Positions 8,527 through 17,225 of a DNA stretch of 49,899 bases are shown piece by piece. The DNA is from Nitrospiraceae bacterium (lineage in GTDB: Bacteria; Nitrospirota; Nitrospiria; Nitrospirales; Nitrospiraceae): positions 1 to 49,899 of the forward strand of contig DASTLA010000004.1 in the NCBI GenBank assembly GCA_035715525.1, read 5' to 3'. Within the stretch, counting starts at the first letter, position 1; every line of letters starts with the position of its first letter. The notes under the pieces are model-generated. The model did not search any database. It saw only the letters and a program-made list of their open reading frames with translations, and was not told the DNA's origin. Both the position numbers and the translations under genes were made by a program.

Positions 8527-10026
8527 ATGATGAGCGGCTTCATACAGCAGACAACGGCGCCTATGCAGGGACCAGGGGCTTCCGCGGTTCAGGCGGATGT
8601 GCGACGAAGGGACTCGGGAGATGGCGGGCAGGGGAAGGATGCATTCGGCACAGTGTTCGACGCAGCAGTGAGCGGTGAGCAGACTGCTTCTGTCAAGCCG
8701 CAGAATACGGGGACTGCCAGACAGTCGAAGGTCGATCGGCATGCATCGCAACCATGCAACCATGGAAAGTCCAGGGAAGCCGCCGAGCACCCGGAGCATC
8801 CTATCGATGCGGAGTCTGGAGAGGTCAGCAAGGTTAGGGCACGACAGACCGATGAGCAGGCTCATTCCGAAGTTGACGCGGACCGGTCGGCAGACGGGCA
8901 GCCGGAATCGGCCGCAGAGACGACCCCGCCACAGGTGGGCACCACCATCGACGTCGCGCTGGTGGCGGTCCAGGGTCTTCAGCAGCAGGCACCGCTTGAA
9001 GTGGAGAGACCCGAGGACCTCCATGTCGACCAGGTCGAACCCCGCGCACTGCCAGACGGCCTGGCCTCCCCGGCGCCGGTAGAACCCGCATCCGAAGGGG
9101 CTGACGTACTCAAGGGCCGCGAGGTCGAACAGGGGAAGGTACAGGTGCAGCAGGCAGGACAGGCTGTGGACCTGTCACAGGGCGGCAGGCAAAGCGATGA
9201 GCAGCTCACGGCCCTGCAGCAGGCAGCCGTCGAGCCGCTAACGGAAGGACATGAACCAGCGATCGTGGCCAAGTCGCCGACAGGAGTGACGCAGGATGGC
9301 ATCCCCCAGGCCGATACAGCGCATGCTCCGGTGCCAAGCGCTCCTCAGTCATCGCCCGTTGAGCCGGCCCCGAGCGCTCCCTCCGCGGATCTCCGGCAAT
9401 GGAATCGGGACGAGAACAGGGGCGAACCGGGCTCGAAGCAGTTTCATTCGGCTGAAGATGCGGAACGGCCGAACCGGTCATTGGAACCCTCAACGACCCC
9501 GTTGGCGCCGTCCAACTTCACCAGTGACCTAGTCGGCGGTAATTCGAATGGCACCCTTGCTTCTCAGCAAGGCCTCAACAGCGACGTCAGAGGATTCTCC
9601 GCAGCGCCGCCGGCTCCGGCGGTACGTCAGCCGGATGAGGGAGCGCAATCGCCTCAGGCCTTCAAGGCCGTGACGCTGGACCTCGACCCGCTCGACATGG
9701 GGCCGTTGCGGGTCCGGGTCATGATGAGCGAGGTGACGGTCAACGCCCATATTCGGACGGAACATGGAGCGTTGGGCCAGGGGTTGGTGCAGCAGGGCCA
9801 CCAGTTGGAGTCATCGCTGCGTACGAACGGGCTGGAGATGGGTTTTCTACGGGTCACCGTGGATCAGCAGCAGCAGGGTCGTGGCGAAAGCGGGTCTACC
9901 TATCAACGGCCGCATCCATTCGCCGCCGGACAGAGGACGGAAGACCATCCGACAACGCAGAGCGAGGCATTGTCTACGACGACAGTATGGGAGCCGGGCA
10001 ACGGACGGGTGAGTTTCTTCGCATAG
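8527..10026 (+). CDS. fliK: flagellar hook-length control protein FliK
   Basis: 499 aa, Pro/Gln/Ala-rich and low-complexity in the centre. The C-terminal Flg_hook-type block reads [37 protein letters not shown]. Position before flgD/flgE. Confidence 0.8.
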   Translation: MMSGFIQQTTAPMQGPGASAVQADVRRRDSGDGGQGKDAFGTVFDAAVSGEQTASVKPQNTGTARQSKVDRHASQPCNHGKSREAAEHPEHPIDAESGEVSKVRARQTDEQAHSEVDADRSADGQPESAAETTPPQVGTTIDVALVAVQGLQQQAPLEVERPEDLHVDQVEPRALPDGLASPAPVEPASEGADVLKGREVEQGKVQVQQAGQAVDLSQGGRQSDEQLTALQQAAVEPLTEGHEPAIVAKSPTGVTQDGIPQADTAHAPVPSAPQSSPVEPAPSAPSADLRQWNRDENRGEPGSKQFHSAEDAERPNRSLEPSTTPLAPSNFTSDLVGGNSNGTLASQQGLNSDVRGFSAAPPAPAVRQPDEGAQSPQAFKAVTLDLDPLDMGPLRVRVMMSEVTVNAHIRTEHGALGQGLVQQGHQLESSLRTNGLEMGFLRVTVDQQQQGRGESGSTYQRPHPFAAGQRTEDHPTTQSEALSTTTVWEPGNGRVSFFA

Positions 10027-10037
10027 GGGGGAACGTT

Positions 10038-10334
10038 ATGGATCTCAGCAAAGTGATCACGCAGTCGACCGCGACGACGTCATCGGATGCCCCGAAGACG
10101 GACGGGCCGAAGGCCTTGGGGCAGGATGATTTTCTGAAATTGCTCGTGACGCAATTGCAGAATCAGGATCCGCTGAAGCCGATGGAGAATGAAGATTTCG
10201 TCGCGCAAACGGCGCAATTCAGCCAGCTCGAGCAGTTGTCGAAGCTCGTGTCCTTGACGGAACAGAGCGTGGACCTACAGAAGGCGGCTCAATCGCCAGC
10301 CGACCAGAACCACACCGAAGTGAAGAGTGCGTAG
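10038..10334 (+). CDS. flgD: short FlgD-like hook-cap protein (N-terminal FlgD domain only, 98 aa)
   Basis: [40 protein letters not shown] is the FlgD N-terminal signature. A stop falls at 10332-10334 and flgE starts 48 nt later. Confidence 0.75.
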   Translation: MDLSKVITQSTATTSSDAPKTDGPKALGQDDFLKLLVTQLQNQDPLKPMENEDFVAQTAQFSQLEQLSKLVSLTEQSVDLQKAAQSPADQNHTEVKSA

Positions 10335-10382
10335 CGGATACAACAGACAGCGGCACGAGCGCCGGATGAGGAGGGGGAAGTC

Positions 10383-11609
10383 ATGGGTATTCTGACGTCG
10401 ATGTTCACGGCAGTCACGGGGCTGAGCTCGTACGGAAACGCCATGGGGGTGATCGGCAACAATATCGCCAACGTGGGAACGGCCGGGTTCAAATCCAGCC
10501 GGGCCACATTTTCGGATTTGATTTCGGCCAGTTTGTCGGGCGGAGCCGGAAGCGACCAAATCGGTCTGGGCGTATTCATGAACGATGTGCAGAGAAATTT
10601 CTCGCAGGGGTCGTTGACCACCACCGGGAATACTTTCGATCTCGCGATCGACGGAAACGGCTTTTATCTGCTGAATGACGCGGCCGGCGGCAACTTTTAT
10701 TCCAGGGCCGGACAATTCAAGGTGGACAATCAAGGCCGGGTGGTGGATGCGGCCGGCTACTTGCTGCAGGGCTATCAGGCCGACAGCTCCGGGAACATCA
10801 CCAGCACCATCGACGACATCACGTTGACCACGACCGCCTTTGCTCCACAAGCCAGCACGACGGCGGACATCGTGGCCAACCTGGACGCCAATGCAACCGT
10901 GCCGACGACCGCATTCTCCGTGACCGACCCGACGACCTATAACTTCTCCACTGGGGTCACCTTTTACGATTCGCTCGGCAATTCGCATCAATTGCAATTT
11001 TATTTCGTCAAGACCTCGACGGCACGTACATGGGACCTGTATTCGCAGGTCGACAGCGGAGCTGCGACGGCGCAAACCGACTTGGTGTTCACGGCAGCAG
11101 GCGCGCTGTCGTCCGGAGGATCGCAGGCTCTCTCGCTCACGATCGGCGGAGGCGCGACCACCCCGCAGACCGTGACGGTCGATTTCACCGGCATGACGCA
11201 ATATGGATCGCCTTCCGGCGTCATCAGCCAGACTCAGGACGGATATGCGTCAGGCACCTTGCAGCGAATCAGCGTCGACAAAACGGGAAAGGTCATTGCC
11301 CAATTCACCAACGGGCAGACCGAAGCTTTGGCCCAGGTGGTCCTGAACAGGTTCATCAATCCAGACGGCCTGGTGAATGCCGGAGACAACCACTTCCTCG
11401 AATCCGTCGAGTCCGGAGCTCCGCTCGCCGGCGCGCCCACGACCAACGGGTTGGGCACCATTGTGTCGGGCGCGGTCGAGCAGTCGAATGTAGACCTGGG
11501 CAAGGAGTTCGTGGATATGATCATCACTCAGCGTGCGTTCCAGGCCAACTCGAGAGCCATCACGACCAGCGATGAAATGCTTCAGGAGTTGGTGAACCTG
11601 AAACGGTAA
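10383..11609 (+). CDS. flgE: flagellar hook protein FlgE
   Basis: N-terminal TAVTGLSSYGNAMGVIGNNIANVGTAGFK and C-terminal SNVDLGKEFVDMIITQRAFQANSRAITTSDEML. Confidence 0.92.
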   Translation: MGILTSMFTAVTGLSSYGNAMGVIGNNIANVGTAGFKSSRATFSDLISASLSGGAGSDQIGLGVFMNDVQRNFSQGSLTTTGNTFDLAIDGNGFYLLNDAAGGNFYSRAGQFKVDNQGRVVDAAGYLLQGYQADSSGNITSTIDDITLTTTAFAPQASTTADIVANLDANATVPTTAFSVTDPTTYNFSTGVTFYDSLGNSHQLQFYFVKTSTARTWDLYSQVDSGAATAQTDLVFTAAGALSSGGSQALSLTIGGGATTPQTVTVDFTGMTQYGSPSGVISQTQDGYASGTLQRISVDKTGKVIAQFTNGQTEALAQVVLNRFINPDGLVNAGDNHFLESVESGAPLAGAPTTNGLGTIVSGAVEQSNVDLGKEFVDMIITQRAFQANSRAITTSDEMLQELVNLKR

Positions 11610-11621
11610 GGTAGACCCTCG

Positions 11622-11648
11622 CCCGGGCGGCGCCAGGAGCCGCTCGGG
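11622..11648 (+). terminator. GC-rich hairpin after flgE (candidate intrinsic terminator)
   Basis: CCCGGGCGGC-gccagga-GCCGCTCGGG forms a 10-bp stem with one mismatch, 13 nt after the flgE stop. A T-run (agttttt) follows about 15 nt downstream. Confidence 0.45.
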
Positions 11649-11788
11649 TGCTTGCCGGATAGTTTTTGCCTAGTTGCTCACCGCCTCGGTTCCGGCCCCT
11701 TTTCCTTCAGCCTCGTCAAGTTTCTGTCGAAGAGCGTACAAGCGGTCGTCATGAGCCTGACGTCGCTGCACAGGCCGGCAGCGCCCTT

Positions 11789-11800
11789 ACGTCGCGACGT
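11789..11800. promoter_or_regulatory. perfect 12-bp palindrome, candidate enhancer (UAS) for the downstream sigma-54 promoter
   Basis: ACGTCGCGACGT is self-complementary and its centre lies about 90 bp upstream of the -24 box at 11885. A nearby imperfect palindrome, CGCTGC-N8-GCAGCG, sits at 11763-11782. Confidence 0.3.
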
Positions 11801-11884
11801 CGATCCGCGCTGCAAAAAACCAATGTTTACGCAGATCCCCCGAGCCCGCTTTCGGCAGGGCGGTGCAACTCCACTGTGTCCATG

Positions 11885-11900
11885 TGGCACATGCATTGCA
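11885..11900 (+). promoter_or_regulatory. sigma-54 promoter for fliL and downstream genes
   Basis: TGGCAC-atgca-TTGCA is an exact match to the TGGCAC-N5-TTGCA consensus, 44 nt upstream of fliL ATG 11944. Confidence 0.75.
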
Positions 11901-11943
11901 GTCCGCGTCAGGTCTGGCAATTAGCGCCTGCAGGAGGTCGATT

Positions 11944-12465
11944 ATGGCAGAAGCAGCACAAGAAAAGATCGCCGTACCGGCGGGAGTCCCGATGAAGATG
12001 GTAATCATTCTTCTGGCAGGAATGCTCGTGCTCGGACTCGGCGGCGCATTCGTCATGTTCAAGATGATGAGCGGCGGGCATGCTAGCGAGGACGCCAAGT
12101 CCGAGACAGCATCGGACAAAGGCCATGGGGACTCCGGGAAGGCGGGCCACGGGGGCGGGGCGCCCGGCGCGATTGCGGAACTGGATCCCTTCATCGTCAA
12201 CTTGGCCGATTCTCCGGAGATTCGGTATCTCAAAGTGAGCATCAAGCTGGAAGTCGATGGCAGTGAGACGGTAGAGGAGATCAAGAACCGCACGCCGCAG
12301 ATTCGCGACAGCGTTCTCGTGCTGCTCACGAGCAAGGATTCCGCGTCGATCAGAACGCCTCAAGGGAAGAGCCAGCTCAGGGACGAGGTGACGCAGCGCG
12401 TCAACGGCATCTTGCCCCGCCGATCGGTCAAATCGGCCTACTTCACGGACTTCGTCATTCAGTAG
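11944..12465 (+). CDS. fliL: flagellar basal body-associated protein FliL
   Basis: Single N-terminal TM segment, then the FliL core (LDPFIVNLADSPEIRYLKVSIKLEV...IRDSVLVLLTSK...YFTDFVIQ). The track start at 11863 would swallow the promoter. Confidence 0.85.
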   Translation: MAEAAQEKIAVPAGVPMKMVIILLAGMLVLGLGGAFVMFKMMSGGHASEDAKSETASDKGHGDSGKAGHGGGAPGAIAELDPFIVNLADSPEIRYLKVSIKLEVDGSETVEEIKNRTPQIRDSVLVLLTSKDSASIRTPQGKSQLRDEVTQRVNGILPRRSVKSAYFTDFVIQ

Positions 12466-12491
12466 CACCGCAGGCCGCCGGCCGGATCCCT

Positions 12492-13463
12492 ATGGACAAG
12501 ATACTGTCGCAGGAGGAAATCGATGCGCTGATGAGCGGCGTGGTGTCGGGTGAAGTCGATACCACGACCAAGGAAGAAGACGATCCGTCCGGTATCAAAT
12601 CCTACAGCCTGACCAATCAGGAACGGATCATCCGTGGGCGCATGCCCACGATGGAGATGATCAACGATCGCTTCACCCGTCAGCAGTCCGTCTCGTGGAC
12701 CTCTCTCCTTCACGAAAAGGTCGAATTCAGCGTCGTCGGGACGCAGATCATGAAGTTCGGCGATTTCGTCAAAAAGGTGCCCCTCCCGTCGTCCTTCAAC
12801 GTATTCATGATGGAACCGCTGCGTGGTAACGGCCTGTACGTGATGGATGCCTCGCTGGTGTATTTGATCGTGGATTACTTTTTCGGCGGTCGGGTGCAAA
12901 CACATGTGAAGCCCGAAGGACGGGAATTCACCTCCATTCAACTGCGGTTGATCAAGAAGGTGGTGCGGCAGGCCCTGGCGGATTTGGAAAAGGCCTGGCA
13001 AGCGGTCATGCAATTGAAGATCGGGTATTCGCGCTCCGAAAGCAACCCGCAATTCGCCATGGTGGTGACCACGACGGAAATCGTCGTCGTGGTGACTCTG
13101 CAGGTCATGATCGGCGAGGCGTCCCGCGACATGTTTATCGCCTATCCCTATTCCATGCTGGAGCCCATCAAAGAAAAACTCTATTCCGGTCTGTTCGCCG
13201 ACAACGTCGAGCAGGACAGCAGTTGGGGGAGCCGTTTCAAGGAATCCCTCCAGGACTGTCTTGTAACGATGACCGTCCAGTTAGGCACCGCCCGCATCAG
13301 CGTTCAGGATCTTCTCAACTTCATGCCCGGCGACGTGCTCATGCTCGACCAACATCCCGGGGACCCGCTGCTGTGCTTGGTGGAAGGCGACGCGAAATTT
13401 CACGGGCAGCCTGGCGTGTTCAAAGGCAATCACGCCTGTCGTGTCACCAACGTGCTGAATTAG
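12492..13463 (+). CDS. fliM: flagellar motor switch protein FliM
   Basis: N-terminal CheY-P binding motif LSQEEIDALM, a FliM middle domain and a C-terminal SpoA-like domain. Confidence 0.93.
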   Translation: MDKILSQEEIDALMSGVVSGEVDTTTKEEDDPSGIKSYSLTNQERIIRGRMPTMEMINDRFTRQQSVSWTSLLHEKVEFSVVGTQIMKFGDFVKKVPLPSSFNVFMMEPLRGNGLYVMDASLVYLIVDYFFGGRVQTHVKPEGREFTSIQLRLIKKVVRQALADLEKAWQAVMQLKIGYSRSESNPQFAMVVTTTEIVVVVTLQVMIGEASRDMFIAYPYSMLEPIKEKLYSGLFADNVEQDSSWGSRFKESLQDCLVTMTVQLGTARISVQDLLNFMPGDVLMLDQHPGDPLLCLVEGDAKFHGQPGVFKGNHACRVTNVLN

Positions 13464-13487
13464 ACCGGCGTAGGAGGAGATCTGGTC

Positions 13488-13862
13488 ATGGCCAATGCTG
13501 ATTCAACGGGCGCATCGGGGGTCGGAAGCGGCATGGACGCCGGGACGGACCCCCAGCCCACGTCCTTTCCGACGATGGAAAACACCGCGACGGTGCCCGC
13601 CAATAAAAATATCGATTTCGTCCTGGACATTCCGCTGCAGGTGACCGTTCAGATCGGATCCACCAAGATGTTGATCCGGGAGTTGCTCCAATTGGGGCAG
13701 GGCTCCGTCATCGAACTGAACAAGCTCGCGGGCGAGCCGATGGAGGTGTTGGTCAACAACAAGCTCGTCGCGCGAGGCGAGGTCGTAGTCGTGAACGAGA
13801 AATTCGGCATCCGTCTGACGGACGTCGTGAGCACGAATCAGCGTATTCAACAACTGGGCTGA
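13488..13862 (+). CDS. fliN: flagellar motor switch protein FliN
   Basis: SpoA domain (VQIGSTKMLIRELLQLGQGSVIELNKLAGEPMEVLVNNKLVARGEVVVVNEKFGIRLTDV). Confidence 0.92.
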   Translation: MANADSTGASGVGSGMDAGTDPQPTSFPTMENTATVPANKNIDFVLDIPLQVTVQIGSTKMLIRELLQLGQGSVIELNKLAGEPMEVLVNNKLVARGEVVVVNEKFGIRLTDVVSTNQRIQQLG

Positions 13863-13913
13863 GCAGCAGTTCGGCGGCCTGCGGTCTCGAAGAAGGGATT
13901 CGACCGAGATTCG

Positions 13914-14282
13914 ATGGAACTCTGGGAAAGCATCGTGCGAATGGCATCGGCTTTGGGTGTGGTGCTGGCGCTTATTCTGGGCCTTCTGGCCGTCCTGCGA
14001 TCCCGTGTGGGGCGCAGATTCTTGGTCGTCGACGGGTCGCAATTGGTGACCGTGCTGGGAAGTGGAGCGATCGGCCCACGAAAGCAGATCGTGGTCCTGG
14101 CGGTGGCGGGGGAAGTGTTGATCGTGGGCACGACGCCGACGGACATCGTTTCGCTCGGCAGAATTTCGGACTCCTCGAAGGTCGCAACCCTGCTGACAGG
14201 GTCTGGCAACGAACGGACCGCCGCTGCCGTCGGTCCATTTACGCCGACGGCGACCCGCCAAGAGGCTTCGCATGCCGGGTAG
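13914..14282 (+). CDS. fliO: flagellar biosynthesis protein FliO
   Basis: 122 aa with one N-terminal TM segment, plus VLGSGAIGPRKQIVVLAVAGEVLIVGTTPTDIVSL. It sits immediately upstream of fliP and overlaps it. Confidence 0.7.
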   Translation: MELWESIVRMASALGVVLALILGLLAVLRSRVGRRFLVVDGSQLVTVLGSGAIGPRKQIVVLAVAGEVLIVGTTPTDIVSLGRISDSSKVATLLTGSGNERTAAAVGPFTPTATRQEASHAG

Positions 14283-15039
14283 CGTGCGGGTTTCTCTCGG
14301 CAAGACGCCTGCGTTCCTGCTGTTGATCCTCACCGTCGTCACGGTGGCAGAGACCGTCCAAGCCGCACAGGGGCCTTCGCTGACCATCGATCTGGGTGAG
14401 GGAGGAAGCAAGCAGACGGCCGTCGTCCTACAAATCCTGGCGCTGTTGACCGTCCTGTCGCTGGCGCCGGCGCTCTTCATCATGGTGACGTCCTTCACGC
14501 GGATGGTCATCGTCTTGTCCTTCCTCCGCCAAGCCATGGGCACGCAACAAGTCCCGCCCAACCAGGTTCTGGTGAGTTTGGCGCTGTTCCTGACCATGTT
14601 CGTCATGGCTCCGGTGGGACAAGCCGTCTACAAGGACGCAGTCCAGCCTCTGCTTGCCGAGCAAATCGGGTACGAAGAGGCCTGGGACCGGGGCGTTCAG
14701 CCGCTGCGGGCTTTCATGCTGAAGCAAATGCGTGACAAGGACCTCGAGCTCTTCATGGAGTTGGCGCACAGCCCCAAGCCGTCTTCGGTAGACCAAGTTC
14801 CGACTCACGTCGTCATTCCGGCCTTCGTATTGAGCGAGCTCCGGATCGCCTTTCAGATCGGTTTCCTGATTTATATCCCGTTTTTGATCGTGGACATGGT
14901 GGTGGCGAGCGTCCTGATGTCGATGGGCATGATGCTGCTGCCGCCCGTCGTCATTTCGCTCCCGTTCAAGTTGATTTTGTTCGTCCTCGCGGACGGCTGG
15001 TATTTGGTGGTGGGTTCAATGGTGAAGAGCTTTCAATAG
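14272..15039 (+). CDS. fliP: flagellar type III export apparatus protein FliP
   Basis: Signal peptide plus the conserved MVTSFTRMVIVLSFLRQAMGTQQVPPNQVL block. Confidence 0.95.
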   Translation: MPGSVRVSLGKTPAFLLLILTVVTVAETVQAAQGPSLTIDLGEGGSKQTAVVLQILALLTVLSLAPALFIMVTSFTRMVIVLSFLRQAMGTQQVPPNQVLVSLALFLTMFVMAPVGQAVYKDAVQPLLAEQIGYEEAWDRGVQPLRAFMLKQMRDKDLELFMELAHSPKPSSVDQVPTHVVIPAFVLSELRIAFQIGFLIYIPFLIVDMVVASVLMSMGMMLLPPVVISLPFKLILFVLADGWYLVVGSMVKSFQ

Positions 15040-15051
15040 GGAGGGCGAGTC

Positions 15052-15321
15052 ATGACTGCTGAAATGGTGACCCAGATCGGCCGTCACGCGATCGAGACTA
15101 CCATGTTGGTCTCGGCACCGGTCTTAGGGTTGAGCCTGGTCGTCGGCCTGATCGTCAGCACGTTTCAAGCCATGACGCAGATCAACGAAGCGACGTTGTC
15201 CTTCGTGCCTAAAGTGCTCGCGGTGTTCGCGGCGACTATTCTGTTTCTACCCTGGATGATGCAGGAGCTGATCAGCTTCATGACCCAGCTGATCACGAGC
15301 ATTCCCGAGTTGATCCACTGA
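15052..15321 (+). CDS. fliQ: flagellar export apparatus protein FliQ
   Basis: 89-aa two-TM protein (VSTFQAMTQINEATLSFVPK) between fliP and fliR. Confidence 0.93.
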   Translation: MTAEMVTQIGRHAIETTMLVSAPVLGLSLVVGLIVSTFQAMTQINEATLSFVPKVLAVFAATILFLPWMMQELISFMTQLITSIPELIH

Positions 15322-15346
15322 AGCCCCGATCGTCGACCTGATACCT

Positions 15347-16129
15347 ATGATGCAAGCGCTGCACATCGCCATCCCGCAGTTTCAATCCTTTTCCGTTCTC
15401 TTGCTGCGGATTGCGGGAATCGTGAGCGTGTTTCCGATCTTGAGCACCAAAACCGTCCCGATGCCGGTCAAAGCCGGCCTGGTGACGATGCTGGGTCTGG
15501 TGTTGGCGCCGGTCATCAGACTGCCGGCATTTCCCGAAGACCCTTTGTTTCTGGTTGCGGGCGCGGGCAGCGAGTTCGTCGTCGGCTTGACCATCGGATT
15601 GGCCGTACGGCTCCTGTTCGCCGGCTTTCAGGTGGCCGGCGAGCTGGTGGGCAGCCAGATGGGATTCAGCGTCGTCCAGTTGTTGGACCCGAGCACGCAT
15701 CAGAACAATCCGCTGATCTCGCAATTTCAGATGACGTTGGGATCGCTCGTCTTTCTGTCGCTGAATGCTCATGTCCTGATCGTGCATGCCATCGGCATCA
15801 GCTATGACCTGGTGCCGCCGTTCGGTGCCCATTTTTCGGAAAGCATCGCACGCGACATCGTGCAATTGGCGCAGAACATGTTGGGAGTCGCCCTCAAACT
15901 GGCCGCACCGGTGTTTGCCACGCTGCTGGTCGTGAACACGATTCTGTCCGTGCTGGGCCGCGCGGTGGCCCAGATGAACGTCTTTGCGTTGAGTTTCCCG
16001 CTGACGATCTCGGCGGGACTGTTCGCGATGGGCCTGGCCTTGCCCTACACGATGTCGCTATTCGAGCAAGAATTCATGACGTTGGTGGACACTATGTTGG
16101 GTTTGATGAGCGTGTTGGGACATGGCTGA
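15347..16129 (+). CDS. fliR: flagellar export apparatus protein FliR
   Basis: 260-aa polytopic membrane protein between fliQ and flhB. Confidence 0.92.
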   Translation: MMQALHIAIPQFQSFSVLLLRIAGIVSVFPILSTKTVPMPVKAGLVTMLGLVLAPVIRLPAFPEDPLFLVAGAGSEFVVGLTIGLAVRLLFAGFQVAGELVGSQMGFSVVQLLDPSTHQNNPLISQFQMTLGSLVFLSLNAHVLIVHAIGISYDLVPPFGAHFSESIARDIVQLAQNMLGVALKLAAPVFATLLVVNTILSVLGRAVAQMNVFALSFPLTISAGLFAMGLALPYTMSLFEQEFMTLVDTMLGLMSVLGHG

Positions 16130-17204
16130 GAACGCGGCCGACCGGACAGAACGCGCAACCCCGAAGAAAAAAGCGGATGCCCGCCGCAAAGGGCAAATCG
16201 CGTTCAGCCGCGACGCCGTGATGGCCTTCGGGCTGTTGGGCAGTGTAGGCGCTCTCTTTTGGCTTGGACCGACCCTGTTCGGCGATTTGAAGCATTCGCT
16301 GCGCGGCTGGTTGAGCAGAATCATGGAAGAGTCGGCTCACCGGTCACTGACGGTGGATCACCTGCATCTGATCCTGCGCGACGTTGGGGTGGAAGTGTTT
16401 CTCATCCTGGGGCCGGTCATTGGCGGGATCGCGGTGGTCGGAATCGGGGCCAACATCGTGCAGACGGGATTCTTGTGGCGGCAAGACGGCCTGGCCTGGG
16501 ATCTGGCGCGGATCAATCCTTTGGGAGGTTTCTCGCGGCTGTTTTCCATTCGAGCCTTCGTCGAATTGATCAAGTCATGGCTCAAGATCCTTGCGATCGG
16601 CGGGATGGGGTATCTGGCCATACGCGACGATATGGGGCAGTTGCCGGCCTTGACGCACTTCGGCGTCGAGCCCTTGCTGATTGCGGTGGGCGCGGAACTG
16701 TTGAAAGCGTCTCTGATGATGGGCGGCGCCGCGGCGGTGATCGGGGTCCTGGACTATGGCTATCAGCGCTACGAATGGGAGCGCAGCCTTCGGATGTCCA
16801 AGGAGGAAATCAAGGAAGAACACCGTGCAGCCGAGGGCGACCCTCAACTTCGGTCCAAGTTGCGGTCGGTTCAAAAAGAGTTGGCCCGCAAGCGCATGAT
16901 GGCGGCGGTGCCGAAGGCGGACGTCATCGTCACCAATCCCACGCACCTGGCCGTGGCGCTTCGATACGATCCCGCCACGATGGGTGCGCCGGTAGTCGTG
17001 GCAAAAGGTGCAGGGTATGTGGCCGAAAAGATCCGGGAAATCGGTCGCCATCACGGGGTCATGATCGTAGAGAACAAACTCATGGCCAGGACGCTCTATA
17101 AACTGGTGGAGGTCGGGCATCAGGTGCCGGAAGATCTCTACCGCGCGGTGGCCGAAATTCTGGCCTTCGTGTATCGCGTTCGCGGGAAATTGCCGCAAGC
17201 ATAA
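16122..17204 (+). CDS. flhB: flagellar export switch protein FlhB
   Basis: N-terminal ERTERATPKKKADARRKGQ and the NPTH autocleavage motif (VTNPTHLAVALRY). Confidence 0.94.
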   Translation: MAENAADRTERATPKKKADARRKGQIAFSRDAVMAFGLLGSVGALFWLGPTLFGDLKHSLRGWLSRIMEESAHRSLTVDHLHLILRDVGVEVFLILGPVIGGIAVVGIGANIVQTGFLWRQDGLAWDLARINPLGGFSRLFSIRAFVELIKSWLKILAIGGMGYLAIRDDMGQLPALTHFGVEPLLIAVGAELLKASLMMGGAAAVIGVLDYGYQRYEWERSLRMSKEEIKEEHRAAEGDPQLRSKLRSVQKELARKRMMAAVPKADVIVTNPTHLAVALRYDPATMGAPVVVAKGAGYVAEKIREIGRHHGVMIVENKLMARTLYKLVEVGHQVPEDLYRAVAEILAFVYRVRGKLPQA

Positions 17205-17225
17205 CCGCATCGGGTTTAGCACATT

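Noticed and set aside
11652-11995. Three overlapping ORFs (90, 109 and 80 aa) filling the flgE-fliL gap. One possibility considered was a missing flbD/swrD-like small gene.
   Set aside because: None resembles FlbD or has an RBS. Their composition is Arg/Pro/Cys-rich, and they run across the hairpin, the palindromes and the exact sigma-54 promoter. The region is better explained as regulatory.
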